Positions 29,463-39,351 of a stretch of 64,000 nt of DNA are shown here, piece after piece. A program made the translations under genes and the position numbers. Source of the stretch: a virus (lineage: Duplodnaviria > Caudoviricetes); the IMG/VR virus record IMGVR_UViG_3300025840_000032, positions 457-64,456 of that record. One strand, written 5' to 3'. The notes under the pieces are model-generated. The model was not told where the DNA came from. It ran no database searches and saw nothing but the letters and a program-made list of their open reading frames with translations. Every line of letters begins with the position of its first letter. Position 1 is the first letter of the stretch.

Positions 29463-30989
29463 ATGTATAGAAATATTGTATATGATCAATTTAACCAACA
29501 AATTAGATTATACACTTGGGATGAAGTTGGTAACCGGATCGAATTAGTTGAAAAATACAACCCATACCTTTATATTGAACCTCACAATAACCAACATGCA
29601 ACAGCTGAATCAATTTATAAGACCCCATTACGTAAAATCACATTTCAACGTGATTCTGATCGACGCCAATTTATCAAAAATAATAGCATTAAGCGATTAT
29701 TTGAAAATTTACCTATAAAACAACAATATCTTATCGATAAATTCTGGGAAGTTAATGAAACCCCAGAATTTACCCAATTTGATATCAAAATGTTACTACT
29801 TGATATCGAAACCTATTCACCAGCTACTGAGGGATTTCCGGATATTGAAAAAGCAAACCATCCGATTAATGTTATTACCGTATATGATAATTTAACTGCT
29901 CAATTCTATACATGGGGCACGAAACCATATACGGGTAAATTAAAGAAAAATGTTGTGTATACATATTGTCAAACAGAACGACAATTGTTTGATCAATTTT
30001 TAAACTATCTCGAACAAGACTATCCAGATATTTTATCCGGTTGGAATAGTGAGTTTTTTGATATTCCATATATCATTAACCGTATGAAAAGGGTCATAGG
30101 GGAGAACGAAATGAAACGTTTATCTCCAGTAAGGCAAGTCTATTATCGTAACATGATGGGAGCGTTTGGTGCTCAACAAACTCGATATTATATTGAAGGT
30201 ATAGCACTTCTAGACTATCTCGATATTTACAAGAAATTTGCTCCAGAACGTGAGTCTTACAAACTTGATGTTATCGGTGAAATTGAACTTAATGAACGAA
30301 AAGTCGATTTCGGAGACATGGATTTAGCAACATTATCAGATGTTGATTGGAATAAATTCATTGATTACAACGTTCAAGACGTAAACCTATTGGCTAGACT
30401 TGATGAAAATTTACAATACTTGAGTTTAGTCAGGATGTTAGCATATGTGGGTTGTACTACTATTGAATCTGCAATGGGAGCATTATCTGTAATCAATGGT
30501 GCATTTGCAGTTCGAGCTAGACACAGAAATCAAATTATTCCGACGTTTATTCGGGGCGAAGATACTGGTAAAAATCCAGGGGCATATGTAAGCGAACCTA
30601 AACAAGGTTTTCAAAATTATATCATGTCGTTTGATGCTAATAGTCTATATCCGAATGTTATGATATCTTTAAACATGTCACCTGAAACGAAAGTTGGTAA
30701 AATAATAGAAAAATCAGCTGATAATATTACGGTTGAAATGGTTTCTGGTAAGGTAAAAGATTATAAACTTCCAGTATTTGCAAAAATGGTTAAAGATTAT
30801 AAGTTAACCGCATCAAAGGCTAACATTTTATTCCATCAGAACGAAAAAGGTGTGATACCGGAAATTGTTGATTACTATTACAATAAACGTAAAAAGGTAA
30901 AAGATGAATACGTTGAATTAAAGAAACAACATGCGGAGATTGTTAATCAAATAAAAATCCTCGAAAATCAATTAGAAGAACTTGGTTGA
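29463..30989 (+). CDS. gp43: family B DNA polymerase, N-terminal subunit (exonuclease, motif A, first fingers helix)
   Basis: DIET, GWNSEFFD, YKLD, YNVQD, SFDANSLYP; ends after KRKK helix. Confidence 0.92.
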   Translation: MYRNIVYDQFNQQIRLYTWDEVGNRIELVEKYNPYLYIEPHNNQHATAESIYKTPLRKITFQRDSDRRQFIKNNSIKRLFENLPIKQQYLIDKFWEVNETPEFTQFDIKMLLLDIETYSPATEGFPDIEKANHPINVITVYDNLTAQFYTWGTKPYTGKLKKNVVYTYCQTERQLFDQFLNYLEQDYPDILSGWNSEFFDIPYIINRMKRVIGENEMKRLSPVRQVYYRNMMGAFGAQQTRYYIEGIALLDYLDIYKKFAPERESYKLDVIGEIELNERKVDFGDMDLATLSDVDWNKFIDYNVQDVNLLARLDENLQYLSLVRMLAYVGCTTIESAMGALSVINGAFAVRARHRNQIIPTFIRGEDTGKNPGAYVSEPKQGFQNYIMSFDANSLYPNVMISLNMSPETKVGKIIEKSADNITVEMVSGKVKDYKLPVFAKMVKDYKLTASKANILFHQNEKGVIPEIVDYYYNKRKKVKDEYVELKKQHAEIVNQIKILENQLEELG

Positions 30990-31813
30990 TATTGTTTCTT
31001 TTCAAATTTCTGGATTGATATGATGTTACCTGTTGTTCGTGATTTAAATGGTTTATGTAATTGAACTTTACCGGCAATCCTATACATAATACCATCTCTT
31101 GCATACCCAGATAATATCATATCTTTTAAAAAATCTGATTTAACAGTACCGTTTTCTGTATACGTTAGATAATACATTAAACGTTTTAATGAAGCGGTTT
31201 TACATTTTTCGGAGGTTATTTGTTTTTCTTTTTTGGTTCTTGCATAATATTTTTTTTCCCACTTTAGCCTTCGTTTACGTTCAATTTGAGCTTTACGTTC
31301 ATCCGACCAGTTTAATTTTGTAATTTTACCTTTATTTGTTCCTTCATACACGTTTTTCGGGTCCCTCCCTTTAAGGCTTTTCATACCATGTTGTTTTAAT
31401 TCTTCTTTTGTTCTTGTACGAAAATATGTGGTAATATTTTTCCGGTGTTTTTCTCTACGTTCCGGTGTAAAAATAACACCGCTTGTTCCTTCCCCACCTT
31501 CTGTTAAATTATATAGAGGCCCTGTTTTTAAATCACACCGACCGATTTCAGTTATTAACTTCATTTCCATATCCAACGCTTCTTTTTCATTATCGGTTAT
31601 AAAAACAGTTTTTAAAACCGGATCTATACCGGTTTTAAGTAGCTTATTAATTTTTCTTCCCAATCTCGTGTTTTTGTTTTTATAGTGTTTATATTTCCGT
31701 TTTTGTTGAATATTACCTTTACCGACATATATAGGTAAATATTGATATTCCTGGGATAATATGTTATAATTAGAAGGAACGGTAGGATCAAAATATATGT
31801 AGACTTCAAACAT
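30968..31813 (-). mobile_element. free-standing GIY-YIG homing endonuclease gene inserted antisense in the polymerase locus
   Basis: VYIY...YVGKG, conserved R, E and YNLTEGGEG, basic C-terminal DNA-binding region; TATAAATA at 31819-31826 on minus strand. Confidence 0.85.
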
Positions 31814-31841
31814 ATCAATATTTATACCAAACTAACGATAT

Positions 31842-31971
31842 ATGAACAAAAAACAATTATTAGATAAAATTGCAGGTCTTAAACGACAGCGTGATGATAT
31901 TAATATCAAATTACAACAAGCTGGAACAAAACAGCTAACTATTAAAATTCTTATTAATTCCATTTATGGTT
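31842..31971 (+). CDS. gp43: DNA polymerase C-terminal subunit, exon 1
   Basis: MNKKQLLDKIAGLKRQRDDINIKLQQAGTKQLTIKILINSIYG contains PolB motif B (Q..KIL.NS.YG). Confidence 0.88.
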
Positions 31972-32211
31972 GAAAACGACCCTTTATATAGCAATATATA
32001 AAGAAAATCCCTTTAATTGCTGGAAACTCTTATAGTAAGACAATCAGCAGCCAAGCTCAATTGAGAAGGTTCAACGACTATCCGAAAGGAGTACACTTAA
32101 GTAAGTGGAAATGGGGGAGATCTCTATGAGATCATGATATAGTCTCATCTTTACAGTGATGTAAAGCAGCGAAAGCGGGTGTTAATTAACGACTAACATC
32201 GAAGATATATG
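31972..32211 (+). ncRNA. group I self-splicing intron (240 nt, no internal ORF)
   Basis: P1 GGUU/gaaaac/GACC with U.G splice site; P AAUUGCUGGAAA, Q AAUCAGCAG, R GUUCAACGACUA, S GAUAUAGUCU; terminal G; removal restores NSIYG-Y-FGNK. Confidence 0.93.
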
Positions 32212-33227
32212 ATTTTGGAAATAAAAACGCTCCAATTGGAGATGATGATATTGCAGCATCTGTTACATTAACCGGGCAAGCTGTAATCAAACAAAGTAAT
32301 AAAATTATCCGAGACTTCATTAAACTTAAGACCGGATTAACAGATGAACAGATTGAAAAGAATGACCCAATTATATACAACGATACCGATTCAAGTTATG
32401 CATCAATTGAATTGCTTATAAAACATTTAGGGCTCAAGTTTACTAATGAAGATGGGGAAATTCATGATGATGTCTATAAAATTGAAACTGAATTGGTCGA
32501 TTATTTAAATGATGAGATATATACATGGGGAACAAAAACCTTTAATAGTAAAGATTGTAGATTTGTTTTTAAACGTGAAAGTATTGGACAAGTCGGGCTA
32601 TTTTTACAGAAAAAACGGTATGTACTACATGTTCGAGATGATGAAGGTGCAAAAGTTAATAAGATAAAATACACTGGAGTTGAAGTAGTTAGAACAACAC
32701 TACCGAGTTCATTAAAACCGTACATGAAAAACGTAATTGAGATTATGTTATCGTCTCAAGATTACCAACAAACCAATGAAGCTCTTAAGGCTGTGTATGA
32801 TAAGTTCAAACAATTGAGTATAAATGAAGTTGCTTCGGTAATGGGTATTAAAAACTATAGTAAATATGCAAGTTTGTGTACAGGGTTTAAGACATGTAAA
32901 GGTATGCCAGTGCATTGTAAAGCAGCTTATTACTATAACGAAATACTCAAAACATTAAATTTAACTGGTAAATATGAACCTATTGGATCTGGAGATAAAA
33001 TCAGATACTTTTACGTTAACAAACCAAACAGGTATAACATTAATGTGATTGGGTTTAAATATGATTGGCCTGTAGAATTTAACGAAATAGTTACACCAAA
33101 TTACGATAAAATCTTCACAAAGTTGATTTACAAGCCAATTGAACGGTTTTATAATTGTGTTAAGTGGAAATGTTATTTACCAAATCAAGCAGTAAAATGT
33201 GATTTATTTAGTTTATTGGCAGAATAG
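32212..33227 (+). CDS. gp43: DNA polymerase C-terminal subunit, exon 2 (palm/thumb)
   Basis: FGNK...AASVTLTGQ, YNDTDS, KKRY, GVEVVR, GDKI; in frame after splicing. Confidence 0.92.
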
Positions 33228-33261
33228 TTGAACTATCAAGTTTAAAACATAATATATAAAG

Positions 33262-33639
33262 ATGGAAGAAACAAAACTTAAAATTATTATCGATCAAGTA
33301 GGCAGAATCATTATTGGAGAACAGGTAGATCTAACCGATGAACGGTTGGTCCTTAAAAATCCATGTAATATTTTTATTCAACCAAATGAACACGGTCAAC
33401 TACAAGTTCAAACAATTCCGTTGTTTTTCCGGGAATTTTTAACTCAAGCCGGTCGTGAAGCTGGAGTTAGTTTTGAATACAAAACCGGTCAATATAATGC
33501 AACAACCGCTGGAGATCATTTGGATGAAAAGCTTGTAAACCAATACTACCAGGTAATGGAAAATTTTAAACAACAAGATCCTGTTGTACAACCAGCTGAA
33601 CCAGCCCCAGGAGAAGTCGTTCAATTGTTTAACGAATAA
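33262..33639 (+). CDS. hypothetical protein
   Basis: 125-aa ORF with its own TTGAAC-N16-TAATAT promoter. Confidence 0.65.
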   Translation: MEETKLKIIIDQVGRIIIGEQVDLTDERLVLKNPCNIFIQPNEHGQLQVQTIPLFFREFLTQAGREAGVSFEYKTGQYNATTAGDHLDEKLVNQYYQVMENFKQQDPVVQPAEPAPGEVVQLFNE

Positions 33640-33643
33640 CAAA

Positions 33644-34423
33644 TTACCTTAAAAATCGAAAACTTGGATACATTTTATGAATTTGTGTCCAAGTTTTCGC
33701 CCGTCTTTCTAAAGGGGTACTAGTAATATCAATTGATCCACCTACTATCAAATCTTTTGGTAATGCACTAATTTCTGTATCATATAAATGTAAAGACCCA
33801 CCAATAACCATCTTTGGAGATAGAGATTTTAAACCACCACATTCTTCAAATAAACAATCTCTAACAACTTGTAATCCTGGACCGATTTTTGATATGAGAG
33901 ACCCAACAAATGATGCATTACCGGTAACTTTAAATCCCGGGGGTGTTGATATCACATTAGAAAAGTCAACTTGCAAATCACCGTTAATTCTTTTGAGGTT
34001 GTTGAAAGAATTAAAATTCCCTTCCATCGCTAAAAAACTACCATTAATTTCAGTCCACTTAGATGGAACGGTTTTTATTAGAGTGTAGCTTATATCTAGA
34101 GTTCCACCAACAATCAAATCTTCCGGTAATACCTTAATCTCACTTGCTGAAACTGTTAAATCGCCTTTTACATGTAACCCTTTTGGTAATTGAGTAATAC
34201 CAGAACATTCATCTAACATTAAATTGTTGACAGTCAAATTATCTGGAAGCGAGCCTTGTGGAACCAGCATACCACTCAGAATAAGATCTCCGGTCTTTTG
34301 ACTTTCCCGGATCTTTGCATTTATCATCATTTGTACCCGTTCTAACCGATCACCTAATCGTCTAGGAGTAAATATTGATGGTTGATCATTTTCAACTAAT
34401 AATGCTAAATCATGGAATTTCAT
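33644..34423 (-). CDS. leucine-rich repeat protein 5
   Basis: LP..L.V.G.L repeats; leader MKFHDLALLVENDQPSIFTPRR. Confidence 0.82.
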   Translation of the reverse strand: MKFHDLALLVENDQPSIFTPRRLGDRLERVQMMINAKIRESQKTGDLILSGMLVPQGSLPDNLTVNNLMLDECSGITQLPKGLHVKGDLTVSASEIKVLPEDLIVGGTLDISYTLIKTVPSKWTEINGSFLAMEGNFNSFNNLKRINGDLQVDFSNVISTPPGFKVTGNASFVGSLISKIGPGLQVVRDCLFEECGGLKSLSPKMVIGGSLHLYDTEISALPKDLIVGGSIDITSTPLERRAKTWTQIHKMYPSFRFLR

Positions 34424-35166
34424 TTTAAGCCGATAATTTGAAGATATTGCATGATTTTCTTTCTATCTTTAGTCACTGCATCATCACTATCATACACTTC
34501 TTTAAGAGTCCCGTCTTCTTCAACTAAAAGAGCGACTGTTTTCCATGTACGCGGGAAACCAGCTTCCAATAGTTGGTTAAGCAATTGTTCAGATTTAATA
34601 AGAATGAGATAAAATGTATATCTCTTATTGAAATAATAATCATTCCAATGATCCGGATTTTTGTAAGTAATACACCATTTTGCATCTTCATCCCCCAGAC
34701 CGCATGATCTTCTTGAAAACAATGATACCCCTAATTTCCTTGCAGCTGCATGACTATGTGGTACCACCACATATAAATCATCTGTATCAACAATAACTTC
34801 AAAATCTGATTGGTCTTGTTTATTAGAAATGTTACTACCCGTTGAATTAAGAGTGTTAATTTCGTCTTGTAATTCTTGAAATGTTTGATATTCGGCTAAA
34901 TTCGACTTTGAGGTTAACCGTCTTTGCAAAAAGGTATGAAATTCCTCAACGGTATTACGTAAGTCATCTAAATTATTAACATCAACATTGCCTTGCATTA
35001 TTTGCCGGGCCATCCAACCTGAATAGGTTTTCTTCGGATGCGGGTCCGCTTCAATAATTTTTTGTGCTGTTTCCGGATCTAATTTACCACTAGCAACATA
35101 TTGTTTAGTTTCTTTTCTGGTTTCATTTAAATATGCTTCAAAAATCAGGTATGAATCATGCGTCAT
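34420..35166 (-). CDS. late protein with KWCIT motif (PcfJ-like)
   Basis: ADP.P.K.Y..W, P.SH.AA..LG...KWCIT; TATAAATA 5 nt upstream of ATG 35166. Confidence 0.6.
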   Translation of the reverse strand: MTHDSYLIFEAYLNETRKETKQYVASGKLDPETAQKIIEADPHPKKTYSGWMARQIMQGNVDVNNLDDLRNTVEEFHTFLQRRLTSKSNLAEYQTFQELQDEINTLNSTGSNISNKQDQSDFEVIVDTDDLYVVVPHSHAAARKLGVSLFSRRSCGLGDEDAKWCITYKNPDHWNDYYFNKRYTFYLILIKSEQLLNQLLEAGFPRTWKTVALLVEEDGTLKEVYDSDDAVTKDRKKIMQYLQIIGLK

Positions 35167-35240
35167 ACATATATTTATAATATTCAATATTTTTTAATAA
35201 CTGATATTGATAAAAACTAAACATATTATATAATATACAC

Positions 35241-36329
35241 ATGAGTAAGAAAAATGATTTTAATGACGTGTTTGCATCATTGGATAAGTTAAACCCGGAA
35301 TCGACGTTCTTGAGTGAGAACGCTTTATCTAATGTTGATACTTGGTACGATACCGGTTGTTATGCATTAAATGCAATATTAGGCGGAACATGTAGACATG
35401 GTGGTGTACCTAAAGGTAGATTAACCGGATTTGCTGGACCTTCCCAATCTGGTAAAACTTACATCATTAATAAAGTACTAGGAAATGCACAAAAACGTGG
35501 TGTTCATCCAGTTATTTTTGATACAGAGTTTGCTGTCGATAAAGATTCTACGATCGGTGTCGGATTGGATCCTACAACCACTAAATATGTACCGGTTTAT
35601 ACTGTTGAACAGTGTCGTAATCAATTAGTTACATTCCTCGATTCAATTGTTGAGAAAGGAATGCAAGGAAAATTCATAGTATCTGTAGATTCACTAGGTA
35701 ATCTAGCATCACAAAAGGAAGTAGATGATGCTGCAAAAGACAAATCAGCTATGGACATGGGATTACGAGCTAAACAGCTAAAATCAATGATGAGGATATT
35801 AACCTATAAAGCTGGATTATCCGGAACATCAATTTTGTTTAGTAACCATACATATGACGACCCATCTGCATTATTTCCATCATTAGTCAAACAAGCTGCT
35901 GGTGGTAGTGGACCACAATATATGGCATCAATTTTATGTCAATTAGCTAAAAAGAACGAAAAGCAAGATGCAAATAACGATGATGATGAAATTTTAGCTG
36001 AAGCACGTAATTATTCCGGGAGTACCCTTAAGTTTTTAACAACTAAAAATCGATTTGTCCCACCATTCTTGACTGCTGAAATTTATTTGAATTTCAAAAC
36101 TGGTTTAGACAAATATAGTGGGTTGAAAGATATGGCAGTAAATCATGGTGTGTTAGTTCAAACTGGTTCTACCTTCCAACTCGGCGTTACAAGCGATGAT
36201 GGTAAATATAAAGCTAACGACAAAATCGGATATTACAAAAATTTCCGAAAAGATGTAGACTTGTTTGAAAATTACATCATTCCGGAATTAGATAAGAAGT
36301 TGATCTCTGCGTACAAGTATGGGAAGTAA
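35241..36329 (+). CDS. uvsX: RecA-like recombinase
   Basis: DTGCYALN, GPSQSGKT, FDTE, VDSLGNL, DMGLRAK, NHTY. Confidence 0.92.
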   Translation: MSKKNDFNDVFASLDKLNPESTFLSENALSNVDTWYDTGCYALNAILGGTCRHGGVPKGRLTGFAGPSQSGKTYIINKVLGNAQKRGVHPVIFDTEFAVDKDSTIGVGLDPTTTKYVPVYTVEQCRNQLVTFLDSIVEKGMQGKFIVSVDSLGNLASQKEVDDAAKDKSAMDMGLRAKQLKSMMRILTYKAGLSGTSILFSNHTYDDPSALFPSLVKQAAGGSGPQYMASILCQLAKKNEKQDANNDDDEILAEARNYSGSTLKFLTTKNRFVPPFLTAEIYLNFKTGLDKYSGLKDMAVNHGVLVQTGSTFQLGVTSDDGKYKANDKIGYYKNFRKDVDLFENYIIPELDKKLISAYKYGK

Positions 36330-36372
36330 TTTATCTGTTGATCTCCCTGTAGTTGAATAGTAAATAACTACA

Positions 36373-37974
36373 ATGGCTAACATAGCGTTTTACGGCTCAC
36401 ATAACGGTGGGGTTGTGGTTGAGGAACAAGGCACATATTATGTTATTGAATTTGAACGATTCTTTAACGTAAAAAATATGGGCCTTGCTCAGTATAAATC
36501 ACTTAAGTATCGAGATGAAGGTATTAGAAGTGTTCTTCAATATATTGAAAAGGAACTACGGATAAAACCACCGTTTGATAATCTTTTACACATTAATACT
36601 GAATGTTCACATGACGATATATGTACTAGCTATAAAGATTACATACCAGCGTTGAATGTATATGAAGGGTTTCACCACCATTCACATGCATGTGGGTCGT
36701 TTTACCAATCACCATTCGATAAAGCTCTAATTTTTAGTTTTGATGGTGGTGGTAATGATTGTTTTTTCAACATTTTCCTTGCAGATCGTAAAACAGGAGC
36801 AACATATATAGGGAAAACAAACCCAACCCAACCAGCTCCATTTGATTGTGACTTGGGTTTTCCCTACATGTGTTTTGCTCATTTTTGTAATGATATAAAC
36901 CAAGAGTGGATTGCGGATGGTAATTTGGTTTATAGTGGGAAAATAATGGGGTTATGTAATTATGGGGAGGTTAGACCAGAATGGTTACCGTATTTTAGAC
37001 AATTTTATAAATCCCACCCAGAGGGTACAAATTATATCGATAAACTTAATAATATCATTGGTGTAAATTGTGGTTTAGTATTTGACGAAAACAATAGATT
37101 TAGTGGTCAATTAAGTTGGGATATAGCTGCAACATCCCAACAAGCATTTGAAGATTGTTTTTTTGAAATTGCAGACCCTTATATACAAACATATGACAAA
37201 TTACCTATTATTCTTACTGGTGGCTGTGCTCTTAACATTTTGCTTAACACTAAAGTTTCAACACGTTATCCTGGACGCGATATTTTCGTGGCTCCTAATA
37301 GTAATGATTGTGGTATTGCATTTGGACTACTCGCAGGTTTTAATAAACCCAGTACCCCGGTTGATATCACATATGCTGGAATGGATATTTTAGATTCCAA
37401 TGCATATCCAAGTTGGATTGAAAGTAATGATACATATCGTGTAACATTTGATGATATTACAGATAAATTAAAAGATGGTAAAATATTTGGTGTTGTTCGT
37501 GGTAGATGTGAACATGGTCCAAGAGCATTAGGGAACAGATCAATTTTGTGTGACCCATCATACCCACAAATGAAAGACATTCTCAATCAAAAAGTAAAAC
37601 ACCGGGAATGGTACAGACCATTTGCCCCGGTAGTTCGACTTGAAGATGTATCAAAATATTTTGAATGGGATAAGGAATCACAACATATGTTGTTTTGTCC
37701 CAATGTAAGACCAGAATGGCGTGATCGACTATCATCTATCACACATGTTGATGGTACAGCTCGTGTACAAACCGTTACAAGAGAACAGAACAAATGGTTA
37801 TATGATTTATTAACTGAATTTGAGAAGAAATCTGGTCATGGAGTATTACTTAACACATCATTTAATATAGCCGGAAAACCGATTTTGAATACTATTGCGG
37901 ATGCCATGCATGTTTTGAATAATTCGGAGATGGACTATTTAATAATCAATGATTTTTATTGTGGTAAATATTAG
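36373..37974 (+). CDS. NodU/CmcH-family O-carbamoyltransferase
   Basis: HHHSHA, DGGG, GKIMGL, GGCALN, GPRALGNRS, KHREWYRPFAP, LLNTSFN. Confidence 0.92.
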   Translation: MANIAFYGSHNGGVVVEEQGTYYVIEFERFFNVKNMGLAQYKSLKYRDEGIRSVLQYIEKELRIKPPFDNLLHINTECSHDDICTSYKDYIPALNVYEGFHHHSHACGSFYQSPFDKALIFSFDGGGNDCFFNIFLADRKTGATYIGKTNPTQPAPFDCDLGFPYMCFAHFCNDINQEWIADGNLVYSGKIMGLCNYGEVRPEWLPYFRQFYKSHPEGTNYIDKLNNIIGVNCGLVFDENNRFSGQLSWDIAATSQQAFEDCFFEIADPYIQTYDKLPIILTGGCALNILLNTKVSTRYPGRDIFVAPNSNDCGIAFGLLAGFNKPSTPVDITYAGMDILDSNAYPSWIESNDTYRVTFDDITDKLKDGKIFGVVRGRCEHGPRALGNRSILCDPSYPQMKDILNQKVKHREWYRPFAPVVRLEDVSKYFEWDKESQHMLFCPNVRPEWRDRLSSITHVDGTARVQTVTREQNKWLYDLLTEFEKKSGHGVLLNTSFNIAGKPILNTIADAMHVLNNSEMDYLIINDFYCGKY

Positions 37975-37995
37975 GATCTCTCATAATATAGTTAT

Positions 37996-38790
37996 ATGAG
38001 TACAACTAAAGCTGTTATGCCATTTTCTGGTGGAATGGATTCATCAGTAATGTTAAGAATGGTACAATTCCACCATGATGAAATCCATTTAATTACATTT
38101 GATTACGGTCAAAGACATATCCGGGAAATTGAGTGTGCTAAAAGACAAATTGAACAAGCTAAATTAATTGCATTTAGCCGAGGTCGATTTAGTGAATCAA
38201 TTATTCACAAAATTATTGATGTTTCATTCATAAAAGATATTGCTCCAACTAGTTCACTTACAAATCTGAATATTGATAACCCGGATGTTAAGGATATGGT
38301 TGGAGAAGCTCAACCTGTAAGTTATGTACCATTTAGAAATCAATTGTTTCTTTCAATTGCATGTGCTTATGCAGAGGGTATTGGTGCTAATACCGTTTAT
38401 CATGGGGCTACTAAAGTTGATAGTTTAGCAGGGTATTGGGACGGTAGTCCAGAATTCTTGGATGCGCTTAATCAGCTTGTTGCTCTCAATAGGAAAAATC
38501 AAATCAATGTAGTGTGTCCACTGCTTGCTTACGATAAGAGAGACATTGTTCTCCAAGGTATTAAATCACATGTAGATTTCGCAAACACCTATACGTGTTA
38601 TAGTGGGGATGAAATAGCTAGTGTAACCACACCAAGTTCATCATTAAGAATCAAAGGATTTGCAGAAGCTGGTTATATTGACCCACAACCATATAAAGAA
38701 AATTTAAAGGATTTTTGGGAAAAACATAATTGTAAGCCTTGCCCAACAAATCCTTTATACACTAAAGAAGGAACACGAGGAGCTTATTAA
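37996..38790 (+). CDS. queC: 7-cyano-7-deazaguanine synthase
   Basis: SGGMDS PP-loop, FDYGQRH..E, YVPFRN, TYTCY. Confidence 0.88.
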   Translation: MSTTKAVMPFSGGMDSSVMLRMVQFHHDEIHLITFDYGQRHIREIECAKRQIEQAKLIAFSRGRFSESIIHKIIDVSFIKDIAPTSSLTNLNIDNPDVKDMVGEAQPVSYVPFRNQLFLSIACAYAEGIGANTVYHGATKVDSLAGYWDGSPEFLDALNQLVALNRKNQINVVCPLLAYDKRDIVLQGIKSHVDFANTYTCYSGDEIASVTTPSSSLRIKGFAEAGYIDPQPYKENLKDFWEKHNCKPCPTNPLYTKEGTRGAY

Positions 38791-39332
38791 TAATCTTCAA
38801 AATCATCTTCTACACCATATTCCGTATCTAACATAGCTGTAGGTTCAATTGAATCTACAGGTCCTTCTGTATAGTCAGTGGAATCTCCGTCAGATTCAAA
38901 ATATTCATCCAATAATCCACTAACAACCATATCTTCTACAACCTTTTTTGCCATATCCTTATCAATATATTCAGAGGCAAAAGCTATAATTTCTTTACTA
39001 GTTGCTGGTTCAGTTTCAACATATCTAATAATATCCTTTTGAACACCTTTTAATGGAACATTATATGCATTTTCACCAGGTTTAAATGTTCTTCCAGTTA
39101 ATTTAACTTTTTGGCTAGTTTTTTCTTTTCTGGCTCGGGTTTCTCTTGATCTGGGACCCTCTCCTTTACCTTTTAACCTCATCATCATTTCATAATATGA
39201 TTCTGTACGTTTTTCACCAGTGTTAGGATCCGTTATCTCTTTTCTTACACGTTCACCGTATTTTTTCTTCCGGCCTTCTTCAAGAGATTGGATATATGAT
39301 TCAAAAAGAAATTGATTATCGCGGTCTTTCAT
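38787..39332 (-). CDS. hypothetical late protein
   Basis: TATAAATA 7 nt upstream; N-terminus MKDRDNQFLFESY. Confidence 0.7.
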   Translation of the reverse strand: MKDRDNQFLFESYIQSLEEGRKKKYGERVRKEITDPNTGEKRTESYYEMMMRLKGKGEGPRSRETRARKEKTSQKVKLTGRTFKPGENAYNVPLKGVQKDIIRYVETEPATSKEIIAFASEYIDKDMAKKVVEDMVVSGLLDEYFESDGDSTDYTEGPVDSIEPTAMLDTEYGVEDDFEDY

Positions 39333-39351
39333 TTATCATTATTTATAAATT

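Noticed and set aside
30900-31900. Split intein, second intron or ribosomal bypass joining the polymerase halves
   Set aside because: No intein Cys/His-Asn termini, no room for an intron core outside the antisense ORF, and the ~850-nt gap far exceeds the 50-nt T4 gene 60 hop
31968-31973. TGA after INSIYG read as recoding or an alternative genetic code
   Set aside because: The following 240 nt are non-coding with group I intron core motifs, and all three stop codons terminate genes normally elsewhere
32412-33227. Stand-alone 271-aa ORF starting at TTG 32412
   Set aside because: It is the distal part of polymerase exon 2; the catalytic YNDTDS lies upstream in the same frame
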